DNA of 64,000 nucleotides from an uncultured virus (IMG/VR IMGVR_UViG_3300032287_001571) (Duplodnaviria > Heunggongvirae > Uroviricota > Caudoviricetes): IMG/VR virus record IMGVR_UViG_3300032287_001571; one strand, given 5' to 3'. A program made the position numbers and the translations under genes. The notes below the pieces were generated by a model. It searched no databases and had not been told where the DNA came from. It saw only the letters and a list, made by a program, of their open reading frames with translations. Shown here one piece after another: positions 45,126 through 57,239 of the stretch; position 1 is the first letter of the stretch, and each line of letters starts with the position of its first letter.

Positions 45126-45352
45126 AACTTATCTTTCTTCGTATTCTTGCCACATTTGCGGCAACTGGCCTGTCCGTGGTTGGCGCAGGCGCAATCGCAG
45201 GTGTTCCACTGTGGAAGGCCATCCTGATGGCTGGTATCGGTGGTGTGTCTTTTGTGGTGGAGGGTCTTGCCCGTGCCTTCATGGACGACGGAAAATTGAC
45301 CGCTGAGGAGATAAATGAAGTTTTCAACAAGGTTGAGAAGAAGAAAAATTGA
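45122..45352 (+). CDS. small membrane protein (holin-like)
   Basis: two hydrophobic segments, DDGKLT.EEI, basic C-terminus. Confidence 0.6.
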   Translation: MKLIFLRILATFAATGLSVVGAGAIAGVPLWKAILMAGIGGVSFVVEGLARAFMDDGKLTAEEINEVFNKVEKKKN

Positions 45353-45381
45353 GGACTCCTGAAATGAGGTACAATTAGTCT

Positions 45382-45615
45382 ATGGCAGATAACGACAATT
45401 CCCAGTATGAGGACAACCAGCCCAGCATCAAGGGTACGGCCCCTGGTGACCGTGGTGGTGCTATCTCTCTGACTCCTGGTCAGATGCGTCAGGTGGCCTT
45501 TATTCATAGCGTCACCAGCGCACGGTGTGTGTGTGGCGATGTGGAGAACTGCCAAGATTGCAACACCACCTCACGGATGAAGGAGATGGCTGGCCGTCAC
45601 CTGGGCTACTTCTGA
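45382..45615 (+). CDS. small Cys-rich protein, leaderless
   Basis: TGAGG-TACAAT-N6-ATG; CVC...CQDC. Confidence 0.6.
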   Translation: MADNDNSQYEDNQPSIKGTAPGDRGGAISLTPGQMRQVAFIHSVTSARCVCGDVENCQDCNTTSRMKEMAGRHLGYF

Positions 45616-45644
45616 GAATTCACATACTATCTTTGTGGTAAACC

Positions 45645-45800
45645 ATGTATGTCACTTATCAGGTAAACACTTTAATCATGGCTGATGCCATGAAGACGGC
45701 CATTAACTTGGCTAAGGCAAGCGGCTACAAGAGGGTGACTGTGTCCAAGGCCATTCAGACTGGTGCTGGAACATGGGATGTCGTCTTAGTAGTTTCCTAG
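45645..45800 (+). CDS. small hypothetical protein (not in ORF track)
   Basis: MYVTYQVNT...WDVVLVVS. Confidence 0.45.
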   Translation: MYVTYQVNTLIMADAMKTAINLAKASGYKRVTVSKAIQTGAGTWDVVLVVS

Positions 45801-45924
45801 TGGACGATGCCGAGGATTGTTCTGCCCAGTGTGTGTGGTGCGGCGGTCAGATGGTCCCTGAACATGCTCATTATCGGTGCGTCTCTTGTGGTCAACGGGA
45901 TGCTTGTTGCGAGGGGATATATTG

Positions 45925-46611
45925 ATGAGTGACTTGGACAAAAAATACCCAGACTTCCCACAACCGTTCCCTACTGGGGCGGAACTGAGTTGGGATGGGA
46001 GTGGCACTGGCACTTTTGGCTACCGATTTGAAAAAAAGCCTCTTGAACGCCGTCAACGGGACCACATGTCCCGCCAGTTCACCTATGTGATGCACGGTAC
46101 CCAAACACACATCCCACCCCATGTCAAGGAAGAGGGCGAGTCGTCGTTCCATGTAGGCACTAGTGCCGCCGCAGACAGTCGTATGCAGTTGGACGCCCCG
46201 CACCATTTCAAGCATCTGTACCGCATTCACCGTGATGCCGTGGACCCCACTGTCTTTGGGGACTTTATGGAGGAAGGAAGTAACGAAAAGGGCATGAAAG
46301 GTCTCCAAACAGGATTGTTTGAGACAATCCCGTTCAATACCAAGGAAGCCACGGAGCACCACGAAAAGTCTGGACTAGTGCTCCCATACCGCAACAACCA
46401 AGAAGATAGAGGCTCTATCTCTTTTCTTGTGCCCAAATCCCGTATCGGCAACGGTGTGGAATACCTTGGAATGGGCAGTACTCACAGACTCTCCACCCCA
46501 GAAGAAATTCAGGCTCGGGATGAAGCACATGCAAGGTTTGCGGAACACTTTGGTGAGAGAATTGCTAGTAGGGAAGTTCCACGAGTTATCTTTAGGCCAC
46601 GGGAACACTAA
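45925..46611 (+). CDS. ART-fold protein (paralog of 44493)
   Basis: MSRQF-TYVMHGT, FHVGT..AA, PYRNNQEDRGSISFLVPK. Confidence 0.6.
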   Translation: MSDLDKKYPDFPQPFPTGAELSWDGSGTGTFGYRFEKKPLERRQRDHMSRQFTYVMHGTQTHIPPHVKEEGESSFHVGTSAAADSRMQLDAPHHFKHLYRIHRDAVDPTVFGDFMEEGSNEKGMKGLQTGLFETIPFNTKEATEHHEKSGLVLPYRNNQEDRGSISFLVPKSRIGNGVEYLGMGSTHRLSTPEEIQARDEAHARFAEHFGERIASREVPRVIFRPREH

Positions 46612-46719
46612 AGATTCCCACACATTCTCACTTTGTGTATACTTATATACGAGGTCTAAACCCACCGAGGGGGACTGCCTGCGGGTGGTCCCTCTTCGTG
46701 TCTCTGGTAAACTTGTTTA

Positions 46720-47859
46720 ATGCTTAAAACCCGAGTGCGGGTTACAAGTTGTTTTCTGTGGGTGGCACTCACCCTGCTGGGGTTCTATTCGCCAAATCCC
46801 GCCAAAGCCGAAACCTACACAGCCACACAGCAGAACCGTGATTTCTACTTTGTGAGCCAAGAGCCTACGGTAATGACCATCCGTACCTATGCGTGGCAGT
46901 ACGGGATTGACTCAATGTTGTGGGTGTACCGACCAGACAACTCTGTGGTCGTTGCCAATGATGACCATTTTGGTCTGGATTCTTATGTCAGTTTTTCCAT
47001 GACCCCTGGGGTCACCTACAGGCTCAGGGCTGGTGTGTGTTGCGGTGACCCAGACCGCTGGTACGGGACTTCATATGTCATTGAGCCTTCCATGGCCCCA
47101 GAGAATGTCCCTACATCCACCACAACAACAGAATTATCAACAACCACGGTGCCCCCAACAACAACGGAACCATCAACGACGACCACATCTACTACTACGA
47201 CGACTTCTTCAACGACAACAACTTCAACGACTTCAACGACTTCAACGACGACCACGACTGTGCCTGCGACGACCAGTACTCAACCTGCTCCGACCACCAC
47301 AACCACTGAACCTGAACAGGTTGCGGAGTCCACGACCACATCTTCGTCATCGTCAACGACCACAACCGTTCCCGTTCCGCCTGTGACAACGACGACCACC
47401 ACGACCCTGCCCACGCAAACAACGCTATCCCCAACAACCAGTTCATCTGTGCTCCCTTCAACCACCACTACTCTACCTCCTGTGGAGCCTGACATGCCAC
47501 CCGAGCAGGCTCTTGCTATTGCCACTTCTGCCGAGGTGTTGGAGGAACTGTCGGCCACCCAGGCAGAAGAGGTGTTTGACTCCGTTGATGTAGATGAGTT
47601 GACCGACGAGCAGGCAGAGGCGCTGGTGGAAGCGGTTCAGGATGCGCCCGAAGAGGTGCGTGCCGCCTTTGAGAACGAAATAAATATCTTCGGCGGAAAG
47701 TTTGAGACCTATGTCCCACTCGGTTCCACCGTTGATGTGCGGACACGCAAAGTCATCGTGGCCGCATCTGGAGTATTATTTATGGCACCAACAGTCTCTG
47801 TTTCCTCGTCTACCACCTCATCCTCGTCCACCTCCTCAGATTCCCGTAGGCGTAAGTAA
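46720..47859 (+). CDS. secreted/surface protein: signal peptide, PPC-like beta domain, Thr-rich stalk, acidic helical domain
   Basis: AKA|E signal site; DSMLWVY...ANDDH.GLDS; poly-Thr region. Confidence 0.7.
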   Translation: MLKTRVRVTSCFLWVALTLLGFYSPNPAKAETYTATQQNRDFYFVSQEPTVMTIRTYAWQYGIDSMLWVYRPDNSVVVANDDHFGLDSYVSFSMTPGVTYRLRAGVCCGDPDRWYGTSYVIEPSMAPENVPTSTTTTELSTTTVPPTTTEPSTTTTSTTTTTSSTTTTSTTSTTSTTTTTVPATTSTQPAPTTTTTEPEQVAESTTTSSSSSTTTTVPVPPVTTTTTTTLPTQTTLSPTTSSSVLPSTTTTLPPVEPDMPPEQALAIATSAEVLEELSATQAEEVFDSVDVDELTDEQAEALVEAVQDAPEEVRAAFENEINIFGGKFETYVPLGSTVDVRTRKVIVAASGVLFMAPTVSVSSSTTSSSSTSSDSRRRK

Positions 47860-48023
47860 TGCAAAGATTTCTTGAAGAACTCCAGGGGCTTGCCTGGACA
47901 CTGGCAGGCACTGGTTTAGTGTTAATTACCTTGTCTGGTCAAATCCGCACCTACGGGCTGTGGATTAGCGGTGTCGCACTGGTGACCCATATCGGGGCCG
48001 CTCTCCTCAAATCTGACGACTGA
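47859..48023 (+). CDS. small membrane protein
   Basis: WTLAGTGLVLITLSG; TAATG coupling. Confidence 0.6.
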   Translation: MQRFLEELQGLAWTLAGTGLVLITLSGQIRTYGLWISGVALVTHIGAALLKSDD

Positions 48024-48037
48024 AGTACAATTACTGT

Positions 48038-48753
48038 ATGCCACACGAATCTCAGACGGTCAACTACAGGCTCACCAAGGGTCTCCCATGGGAGCGGCTC
48101 CTTATTGTCAAGGACAGGCGCACCCGTCGCCTGGTGAGGCCAACCTCCGCCAGGTGCTACATCAAGACAGGTGACCTGACGGTCAAAGAGGTTGACATCA
48201 CCCTGACCACCGAAAACGGCATCCTTCTGTCCCTCACCGCTGAGGAGACCCAGGATTTGCCGACGGGGTTCTTGTCCTACGATGTCTTGGCCGTCTTGGC
48301 CGATGTTGAGCGCCCTGTCGCAAAGGGTACAATTGAAGTGTCTGGTCTGGACAACATCACCCCTCTGGAGGATTCGCAAGCCATGGAAATCCGATTCAAG
48401 AAGTACACGGATTTCCGTCAGGCGTACACCTGGAAGGACTCTGCGGGAGTCACCATCTCGGTTACGGACGCCTTCATGCAGGCAAAGAACACCGCTGGAA
48501 CCACCGTTCTGGACCTGCGTTGGTATGCCACTACTCCTAATGAGGCGACCATTATTGCCCTCACCCCAGCAAACAAGCGTGGATATATTGCCCCCAAGAG
48601 CGGATATACGCTGGAAATTCATATCTCTGACAGCAACAGCGTTCCCGCTGGTTCGTACCAGTTTGACCTGTTCGTCAAGGATACGGTTGGCGACTGGTCG
48701 TGCATTTCGTCTGGGACATTGGTCGTAGAGGCCGCTGTATCGGCACCGCCTGC

Positions 48754-48757
<4 letters not shown>
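48038..48757 (+). CDS. virion structural protein (two tandem beta-rich domains)
   Basis: I.L.L..EET..L....YD and Y.FDL...GTL.VE; precedes the fibre gene. Confidence 0.6.
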
Positions 48758-50945
<2,188 letters not shown>

Positions 50946-50946
<1 letters not shown>

Positions 50947-52121
50947 TGCCATTGCATATCGGCGTAGTTGCTGGTGGTGTGGGTGGTCCCCCCACGGTAA
51001 CCATTAATCCAGTAACTAACTATAACCAAAACTTAGCAACATTTAACGCAACGGTAAACCCTAATTACTCAACAACTAGCGTAAAGTTTCAATACAGCAC
51101 TGACGGCTCTAATTGGACGGATGGCAACACAGTTTCTGGATTGACGGGCGGTAGTCAATCTGTTTACTCTAACCACACAGGCTTGTCTGTCGGTACCTTG
51201 TACTATGTTCGTGCTATTGCAACTAACGGAATTAGTTCAGATATGTCTGGTTCAACCACTTTTATCACCTGGTCGTTGAAAACGTACACAAAGACAACAT
51301 CTGGCTCTTTCACTGTTTCTGTCCCATCAGTCACCCCAACTGGCGGTTCGGCTATTGCCCCAGTCATCTACGAAATGCTCATCTACGGAGGTGGTGGAGG
51401 GGCCAACTACGGCGGCGGCGGTGGCGGTGGGTATCGTCTTTTCTCATCCCATACTTCATCTGCAACAGGAACACAAAACGTAACTGGAACTATTGGTGCA
51501 GGTGGAGCCGCAGGAAACGGTAGCACTGGCACGGGCACAGCGACGACAGGCGGTAGTTCAACTATATCTGTTGGTTCCTCCACCTGGACTGCTAACGGCG
51601 GTACTGCTGGAACACACCCTGGTAACTGTGGTGCCCCATTTGGAACTGCTGGTGCTGTAGGTTCAGGAGATAACCCTGGGTACGGCGGTGGCAACAACAC
51701 CTATGGTTACTACTACGTTTCTTCGTACACATTTATTTGTACACAAACTTGTTTCCAATGTACTGAATACAACAAAATTAATGTATGTATTGCTGGGTAT
51801 AATTATTGTTGTGCTGGGTATGACTCACCAAACTATTCATGGGATTGTGGCTACTACGCATGCGGTGGTGGGGGGGGAACCGACGCTGGTGGAGCGAGCG
51901 CATACACCCAGTCCAGTTCCTCCCATAACGGTGGAGCGGGGGGTGCAGGCGGTGGCGCCTACGGACTTCGTGGAGGAAACGGCGGCGGTGGCTATGGAAC
52001 ACAAAGCACTGGCTCAAACGGTTCAGTTCCATCAGGCTCTGGTTCTATTGTAGGAATAGGTGGTCAGAGTTTCGGTGCAGGTGTAGCGGGTGGCGTAACC
52101 TTCAAGTATTATGGGCCGTGA
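50946..52121 (+). CDS. glycine-rich minor tail protein with N-terminal FnIII-like domain
   Basis: TGL..GT.YYVRA.ATN; GGGGGA/GGGGG repeats; Cys-rich insert. Confidence 0.7.
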
Positions 52122-52309
52122 TGAGTACTAAACCGTGGGATTACTTCCTTCAAGAACATGTCAGTGACCAAGAGCAAGAGGCTCGTTACGCCATTTGTCA
52201 AGAATGCCCGTCGTTTATCAATATGACTAAACAGTGTAAGAAGTGCGGTTGTTTTATGGTTGCAAAAACAACAATCAAAGACGCAACATGCCCCGACAGT
52301 AAGTGGTGA
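52118..52309 (+). CDS. small Cys-rich protein (DUF6171-like)
   Basis: R..ICQEC...QCKKCGCFM.AK......CP..KW. Confidence 0.7.
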   Translation: MMSTKPWDYFLQEHVSDQEQEARYAICQECPSFINMTKQCKKCGCFMVAKTTIKDATCPDSKW

Positions 52310-52313
52310 CAGA

Positions 52314-53408
52314 GTGCTCATTAACTTAGTTGCCAAGTACAAGTGTTTCTATTTGTTAACTGATTTGTCTCCATCGGTCACTTACTCTACTCATGCAATT
52401 TTGCCAGAGGGTAGAAAGCCAGTTGATTTTGTTGATGTGGTCAACGAAGACGGTGTTTTGCTCGCCGCTTGGAAAGAGCCATTTGAGACACTTCCATATC
52501 AAAACATTGTGGTGTCTGACGGTACTAATGAGCAAATAATCAATCTTATGTACATTGAAAGAGTCATTGACACATATGACAGACCACCGTCTGCTGATAT
52601 TGGCACGTTTTTGTTCATGAATTCGGTACCCATTCCTTCCAAAGATTGGCGATGCGACGAGGGTAAGTACGGTGGGATGTTTTTCAATGTTCCAGACATC
52701 CCGTATTCTGGTGCGTCGGAAATTAAACATTACGATGTTTTGCTTCCTTTCAATGGCATTGCACAAATTGCGTACTGTGAAAGTAAAGACAAAAACCCGC
52801 TTTCGGACTATCTTGTTGACGCAGACGAGATTCCTGCAACAACAAGGACCTTGGCAGAATTGTTGAGATTGGTGTACGAATGGTCAGAGGTTTTCAAAGA
52901 ACCATTCAATAACGGTGAACCAATCGCTCAAAAAGCCCACCAGTTCATTGCTCTGATGAATTTGTCTGACGAGGAAAGGTCCCTTTTAGAGGCACAAACA
53001 CCGATGCAGGTTAGTAACTACATCATGGGTAGTGACGACGCACGGAAACGGCCCGAGGGAACTTTGCCAACCACGGACAACTTGATGAAGGTTCTGTTCA
53101 AGCGCATGGCTTCTTCATCTTTGAGTGCTTTAGCGCAACTTCACGGAATTGACTGGGACACTGAGGAACTTGTGCGTTTAGAAAAAGAGTTCCTGCTTTC
53201 TGGTATTTCTCGTTTTAAACAATTCTACGAAATTGATGAGTCAACAGACATTTTGGATGAAAACAAGTGGGAAGAGATTTCAGAAACATTTGTGTCTTCT
53301 TATGAAGGGTACATAAAAGGTATGGAATTGTTTATGTTGAACCAGATGAGAAACTTTGTAAACAAGGATAAGGTTCTTGACTTAGTTCTTGCCAACAAAT
53401 TTAAGTAA
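52314..53408 (+). CDS. hypothetical protein (AT-richer)
   Basis: long ORF in the tail-fibre block. Confidence 0.65.
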   Translation: MLINLVAKYKCFYLLTDLSPSVTYSTHAILPEGRKPVDFVDVVNEDGVLLAAWKEPFETLPYQNIVVSDGTNEQIINLMYIERVIDTYDRPPSADIGTFLFMNSVPIPSKDWRCDEGKYGGMFFNVPDIPYSGASEIKHYDVLLPFNGIAQIAYCESKDKNPLSDYLVDADEIPATTRTLAELLRLVYEWSEVFKEPFNNGEPIAQKAHQFIALMNLSDEERSLLEAQTPMQVSNYIMGSDDARKRPEGTLPTTDNLMKVLFKRMASSSLSALAQLHGIDWDTEELVRLEKEFLLSGISRFKQFYEIDESTDILDENKWEEISETFVSSYEGYIKGMELFMLNQMRNFVNKDKVLDLVLANKFK

Positions 53409-53435
53409 TTATACTAACCACAAAAAGGGCATCAT

Positions 53436-54494
53436 ATGAGATTTCATGTAGTTTCACTACCACACACCAATACGACTGAGGACTTCACCGCCTGCGCCTA
53501 CACGGAAAAGGTTCGCAAGTTCTGCATCATGATGAAGAACCTTGGGCACACCGTGTATCTTTACGCAGGTGAATTCAACGAGGCTCCATGTGACGAGCAC
53601 ATTGTGTGCATTACAGAAAAACAGCGTCTTGCCGCTGTTGGCAGTAACCACTACTCAGCGGCATCGTTTGACTGGACTTTGCCCCACTGGGTTTACTTCA
53701 ACAGCAACGTCATCGCTGGTATCCATGACCGTCTTGAACACCAGGACTTTATTTGCTTGATTGCTGGGTATGCCTCCAAACCTATTGCTGATGCGTTCCC
53801 TAATGAACTGAGCGTAGAGTTTGGGATTGGTTATGGTGGGTCATTTGCCCCATTTAAGGTCTTTGAGTCGTACGCATGGATGCACTCCTGTTATGGGTCA
53901 AAGGTTACTGACCCACATGCACTGGACGGAAAGTTCTACGATACTGTCATTCCCAGTTACATCGTTGAGGATGACTTTCCATTTCAAGAAACTACTGATG
54001 ACTATTACTTGTACATTGGTCGCTTGATTGAACGCAAGGGTTACCAAATTGCTGTGGATGTCTGCAAACATCTGGGGAAGCGCCTCATTATTGCGGGTCA
54101 GGGTACGCCACCAGAATACGGTGAGTATGTGGGGGTTGTTGGAACCGAGGAACGTGCCAAGTTGATGGGTGGTGCAATTGCCGTGTTTACCCCCACTATC
54201 TATGTAGAACCTTTTGGAACAGTTGCAGTGGAGGCTATGGCGTGCGGAACACCAGTAATCTCTACGGACTGGGGTGCTTTCACAGAAACTGTCATTGATG
54301 GTGTCACAGGGTTCCGTTGTCATACATTGCAGGAGTTTATAGATGCGGCTGAAGCCTCTAAAGGGCTTGACCGTGCCAGTATCCAGGCGTACGCAAAAGG
54401 ACGTTACGGTCTGGATGCTGTTGGACTTATGTATGACAAGTATTTCAATCGGTTGTTGTCCCTCTGGGGCAACGGTTGGTATGAAGTAAAATAG
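53436..54494 (+). CDS. glycosyltransferase (GT-B, family 4)
   Basis: YIGRL..RKG, EPFGTVAVEAMACGTPVI. Confidence 0.9.
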   Translation: MRFHVVSLPHTNTTEDFTACAYTEKVRKFCIMMKNLGHTVYLYAGEFNEAPCDEHIVCITEKQRLAAVGSNHYSAASFDWTLPHWVYFNSNVIAGIHDRLEHQDFICLIAGYASKPIADAFPNELSVEFGIGYGGSFAPFKVFESYAWMHSCYGSKVTDPHALDGKFYDTVIPSYIVEDDFPFQETTDDYYLYIGRLIERKGYQIAVDVCKHLGKRLIIAGQGTPPEYGEYVGVVGTEERAKLMGGAIAVFTPTIYVEPFGTVAVEAMACGTPVISTDWGAFTETVIDGVTGFRCHTLQEFIDAAEASKGLDRASIQAYAKGRYGLDAVGLMYDKYFNRLLSLWGNGWYEVK

Positions 54495-54498
54495 AGAA

Positions 54499-55203
54499 AT
54501 GTTCCAGTCCATTGTCCACCGTGCCCTTGTCACTTACACTAACTCCGCTAATGGTGAGATTAGGGTAAAGATTCCTGCTGTCACGGGGCAGTCAGAGGTC
54601 CACATCTCCTACATCGGTAGGGTCAAATACAACGGAAAATGGGTTGTCCCTGCCGTGGGTGACCAGATTGTGGTGTCTGCCGACGACGAACACATGACCA
54701 ATATCTTCTGGTTGCATGTGGACTTGGTCCCAGCAAAGACCATCTTGCCGTCCAATGACTATGGGTCATTTTATGACACGACCACTCAGACCAATCTCAC
54801 ACCCAATACGGCTCATGTGATGACCCTTAACTCGGTGGCATCTGCAAACAACATTACTGTTGTTGCTGGCTCAAAGATAACGGTGACCAACACTGGTATT
54901 TACAACATTCAGTTTTCGGCACAGTTGGACAAGACTGACTCTGGAACAGACGATGTGGACATCTGGCTCCGCATTGACGGGGTAGATGTCCCGTGGTCTA
55001 ATACACGAGTCACTATGACCAACAACAACACCAAGTTGGTAGCCGCTTGGAACTGGATGATGCCCATGAACGCTGGCCAATATGCCCAGTTGGTGTGGTC
55101 GTCTGCCGACACAGACATGCGTCTTTTTGCCCAGACCGCCCAGACTGGACCCACCAGACCTGCCATTCCGTCCCTTATCGTGACCGTCCAGCGCACGGTA
55201 TAA
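54499..55203 (+). CDS. virion protein: gp5-like OB N-terminus + C1q/BclA-like beta domain
   Basis: GEIRVKIP...VPAVGDQ.VV; ITV..TGIYNIQFSAQ. Confidence 0.6.
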   Translation: MFQSIVHRALVTYTNSANGEIRVKIPAVTGQSEVHISYIGRVKYNGKWVVPAVGDQIVVSADDEHMTNIFWLHVDLVPAKTILPSNDYGSFYDTTTQTNLTPNTAHVMTLNSVASANNITVVAGSKITVTNTGIYNIQFSAQLDKTDSGTDDVDIWLRIDGVDVPWSNTRVTMTNNNTKLVAAWNWMMPMNAGQYAQLVWSSADTDMRLFAQTAQTGPTRPAIPSLIVTVQRTV

Positions 55204-55209
55204 TGGGGC

Positions 55210-55740
55210 ATGCCAAGAAAATACCCTTACTACCCATCGTTTGACGGCAAGAAAGCCCAGCCAGGAACAGAGAAACTGGTTGAACTCTGTGGAAAGCGCT
55301 GGAAGACCAAGAATCTTGGTATCTACCAGGCACGCCTGATGCGCAACTCGCACACCGAGGGCAAGAAGATTGGCGACCCTGGCATGGACAAGTACCTTTC
55401 CGTGCACGCCACTGGAGCCGCATGCGATGTCGGGTATTCAGACCGCAAGACTGGTGTGGAGATGTACGACTGGTTCCTCAAATACACCAAGGAACTGGGA
55501 ATCGTTGAGATTCACGATTACGCATTTGACACCAATGTCAAGGACGGCAAGCCTGGTTACGGGCGGGGTTTCCGCTGTAGCCGTGGTGAGGGCAAGGCTG
55601 GGGAGAAGATTTTCACCGCCGACGATAATGCAGGCTCATTCGGGGGCCAGTGGTTGCATTTAGAACTTGAGCCAGAGATGGCAAAGGATGCCGCCAAGTT
55701 TGAGGCCGCATGGCGTGCTCTCCCCAAGCCTGGGGCCTGA
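55210..55740 (+). CDS. endolysin-like Zn peptidase (M15/LAS-type)
   Basis: R...SVHATGAACD...WLHLE. Confidence 0.75.
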   Translation: MPRKYPYYPSFDGKKAQPGTEKLVELCGKRWKTKNLGIYQARLMRNSHTEGKKIGDPGMDKYLSVHATGAACDVGYSDRKTGVEMYDWFLKYTKELGIVEIHDYAFDTNVKDGKPGYGRGFRCSRGEGKAGEKIFTADDNAGSFGGQWLHLELEPEMAKDAAKFEAAWRALPKPGA

Positions 55741-55757
55741 TGCGCTAGTCTGTCCGC

Positions 55758-55898
55758 ATGGAAATCAATCCTCAAGAAATCATCAAGCAACTGTCCTCAG
55801 AAATCGCCCGCCTCAATGTTGAGGTAGCAATACTGAAAACCGCTCTGGAGCAGGTACAGAATGGCACCACGACCCCGACTGAAGAGAAGCCTAACTGA
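55758..55898 (+). CDS. small coiled-coil protein (not in ORF track)
   Basis: TAGTCT-N6-ATG; MEINPQEIIKQLSSEIARL. Confidence 0.55.
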   Translation: MEINPQEIIKQLSSEIARLNVEVAILKTALEQVQNGTTTPTEEKPN

Positions 55899-56391
55899 CT
55901 TACTTGCGGATATTGACGCAAACAAGTCATTAGAAAACATCATCCCACCCCCTTCGGCTGACCCCGAGGAGCACGGTGACGGCGACCTCAACGGAGAATT
56001 CCAGTTAATCCCTGGCAAGAGGGAATACCGCACCACCTTCCCCGAGGTCCCCACGGAGTATGTGGAGGATGCCAAGCCCCCGAAGGACAACTACGGGCAA
56101 GGTCCTCGGAGAAGCACACGGGTCGCAGTCCACAAGTTCGTCCCCAACAAACTGGAGCAGGCTGGTGTGGTGACACCCCAGACGCTCGGCTCTGTGTATG
56201 TTAGGTTTCAACCACACATCAATGGCAAGCACGGTAACGACATCTGGCGTTACAAAAATGTGCCAAAGACCGTGTACGACAGTTTTGCGAACAGCAACTC
56301 AAAAGGTCGTTTCATCAACACTCATCTCAACGGTTACCCCAAAGGGAGAATAAGCAGTCGTGAAGACAGGTTCCATACTGAAGACTTTTAA
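55861..56391 (+). CDS. KTSC-domain protein
   Basis: VYVRF...WRYKNVP..VY.SF..S.SKGRFIN..L. Confidence 0.75.
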   Translation: MAPRPRLKRSLTDLLADIDANKSLENIIPPPSADPEEHGDGDLNGEFQLIPGKREYRTTFPEVPTEYVEDAKPPKDNYGQGPRRSTRVAVHKFVPNKLEQAGVVTPQTLGSVYVRFQPHINGKHGNDIWRYKNVPKTVYDSFANSNSKGRFINTHLNGYPKGRISSREDRFHTEDF

Positions 56392-56821
56392 GAATGTCCT
56401 TCTGACAATTCTTTTCTACCATGCCCACATATTCATGGTCGTGTACGGCGTCCTGGTGTTCACCCTCCACCCGTTCTTCGTCGTGCCTTTTGCCCTATAT
56501 GCGTGGCGCTCGTTCAGGGGAACACAAGACCTCCTGTATGTGGTCGGACCCCTGTACTGGATTATGAAGAATGACTCACGGCTGTTCTCTGTCGGTGTCG
56601 GCACCATGCACGAGGTTGCGTCGCCATGGAGGACGGGCCGTGGACTGTACATCACCGTGGCAAAACGGTGCCTACAGGTCGGTCTGTGCAGGACGCAGAC
56701 TCTTGACGAGACGGACGGTATTCTCTCTGCTGTCCGTGGAAGGTATCTTGACATGGAGCCACGGGAGATAGGTAACTGGAATGGTGTTCAAAAAGAAGAC
56801 GCAAGAAAACTCACGGCCTAA
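56360..56821 (+). CDS. membrane hypothetical protein
   Basis: N-terminal TM helices. Confidence 0.6.
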   Translation: MKTGSILKTFKNVLLTILFYHAHIFMVVYGVLVFTLHPFFVVPFALYAWRSFRGTQDLLYVVGPLYWIMKNDSRLFSVGVGTMHEVASPWRTGRGLYITVAKRCLQVGLCRTQTLDETDGILSAVRGRYLDMEPREIGNWNGVQKEDARKLTA

Positions 56822-56993
56822 GAGAATCCAGAACATGTCCGACTCCGACCTTCGGGGTTGGTTGAATGCCTGCATGATGGAACTGGGCGCAACATACGAC
56901 AGGTGGCAGTACCACAGGGGCGAAGCCACCGAGGTAACAAAGGTCATCAAACTTGTCAACGACCTATGGGATGAGTTACAGTCACGCCCCTGA
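56781..56993 (+). CDS. hypothetical protein
   Basis: ORF. Confidence 0.6.
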   Translation: MVFKKKTQENSRPKRIQNMSDSDLRGWLNACMMELGATYDRWQYHRGEATEVTKVIKLVNDLWDELQSRP

Positions 56994-56997
56994 ACAA

Positions 56998-57072
56998 TCG
57001 GGGATGGTGTAATTGGCAACACATCAGGTTTTGGTCCTGAGATTGAGGGTTCAAGTCCTTCTCCCCGAACCA
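56998..57072 (+). tRNA. tRNA-Gln(TTG)
   Basis: TCGGGGA...TT TTG GT...GGTTCAAGTCC...ACCA. Confidence 0.93.
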
Positions 57073-57073
57073 T

Positions 57074-57150
57074 GGGTGCGTAGCCCAATCGGCAGAGGCA
57101 GGGGACTTAAAATCCCCCAAGTGTGGGTTCAAGCCCCACCGCACCTACCA
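57074..57150 (+). tRNA. tRNA-Leu(TAA), short variable arm
   Basis: GGGTGCG...CT TAA AA...GGTTCAAGCCC...ACCA. Confidence 0.9.
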
Positions 57151-57151
57151 A

Positions 57152-57227
57152 CTCCCTCTAACTCAATTGGCAGAGTAACGGACTTTTAATCCGCAGGTTC
57201 TGGGTTCAAGCCCCAGGGGGGAGACCA
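57152..57227 (+). tRNA. tRNA-Lys(TTT)
   Basis: CTCCCTC...CT TTT AA...GGTTCAAGCCC...ACCA. Confidence 0.92.
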
Positions 57228-57239
57228 AGGGTATAATGT

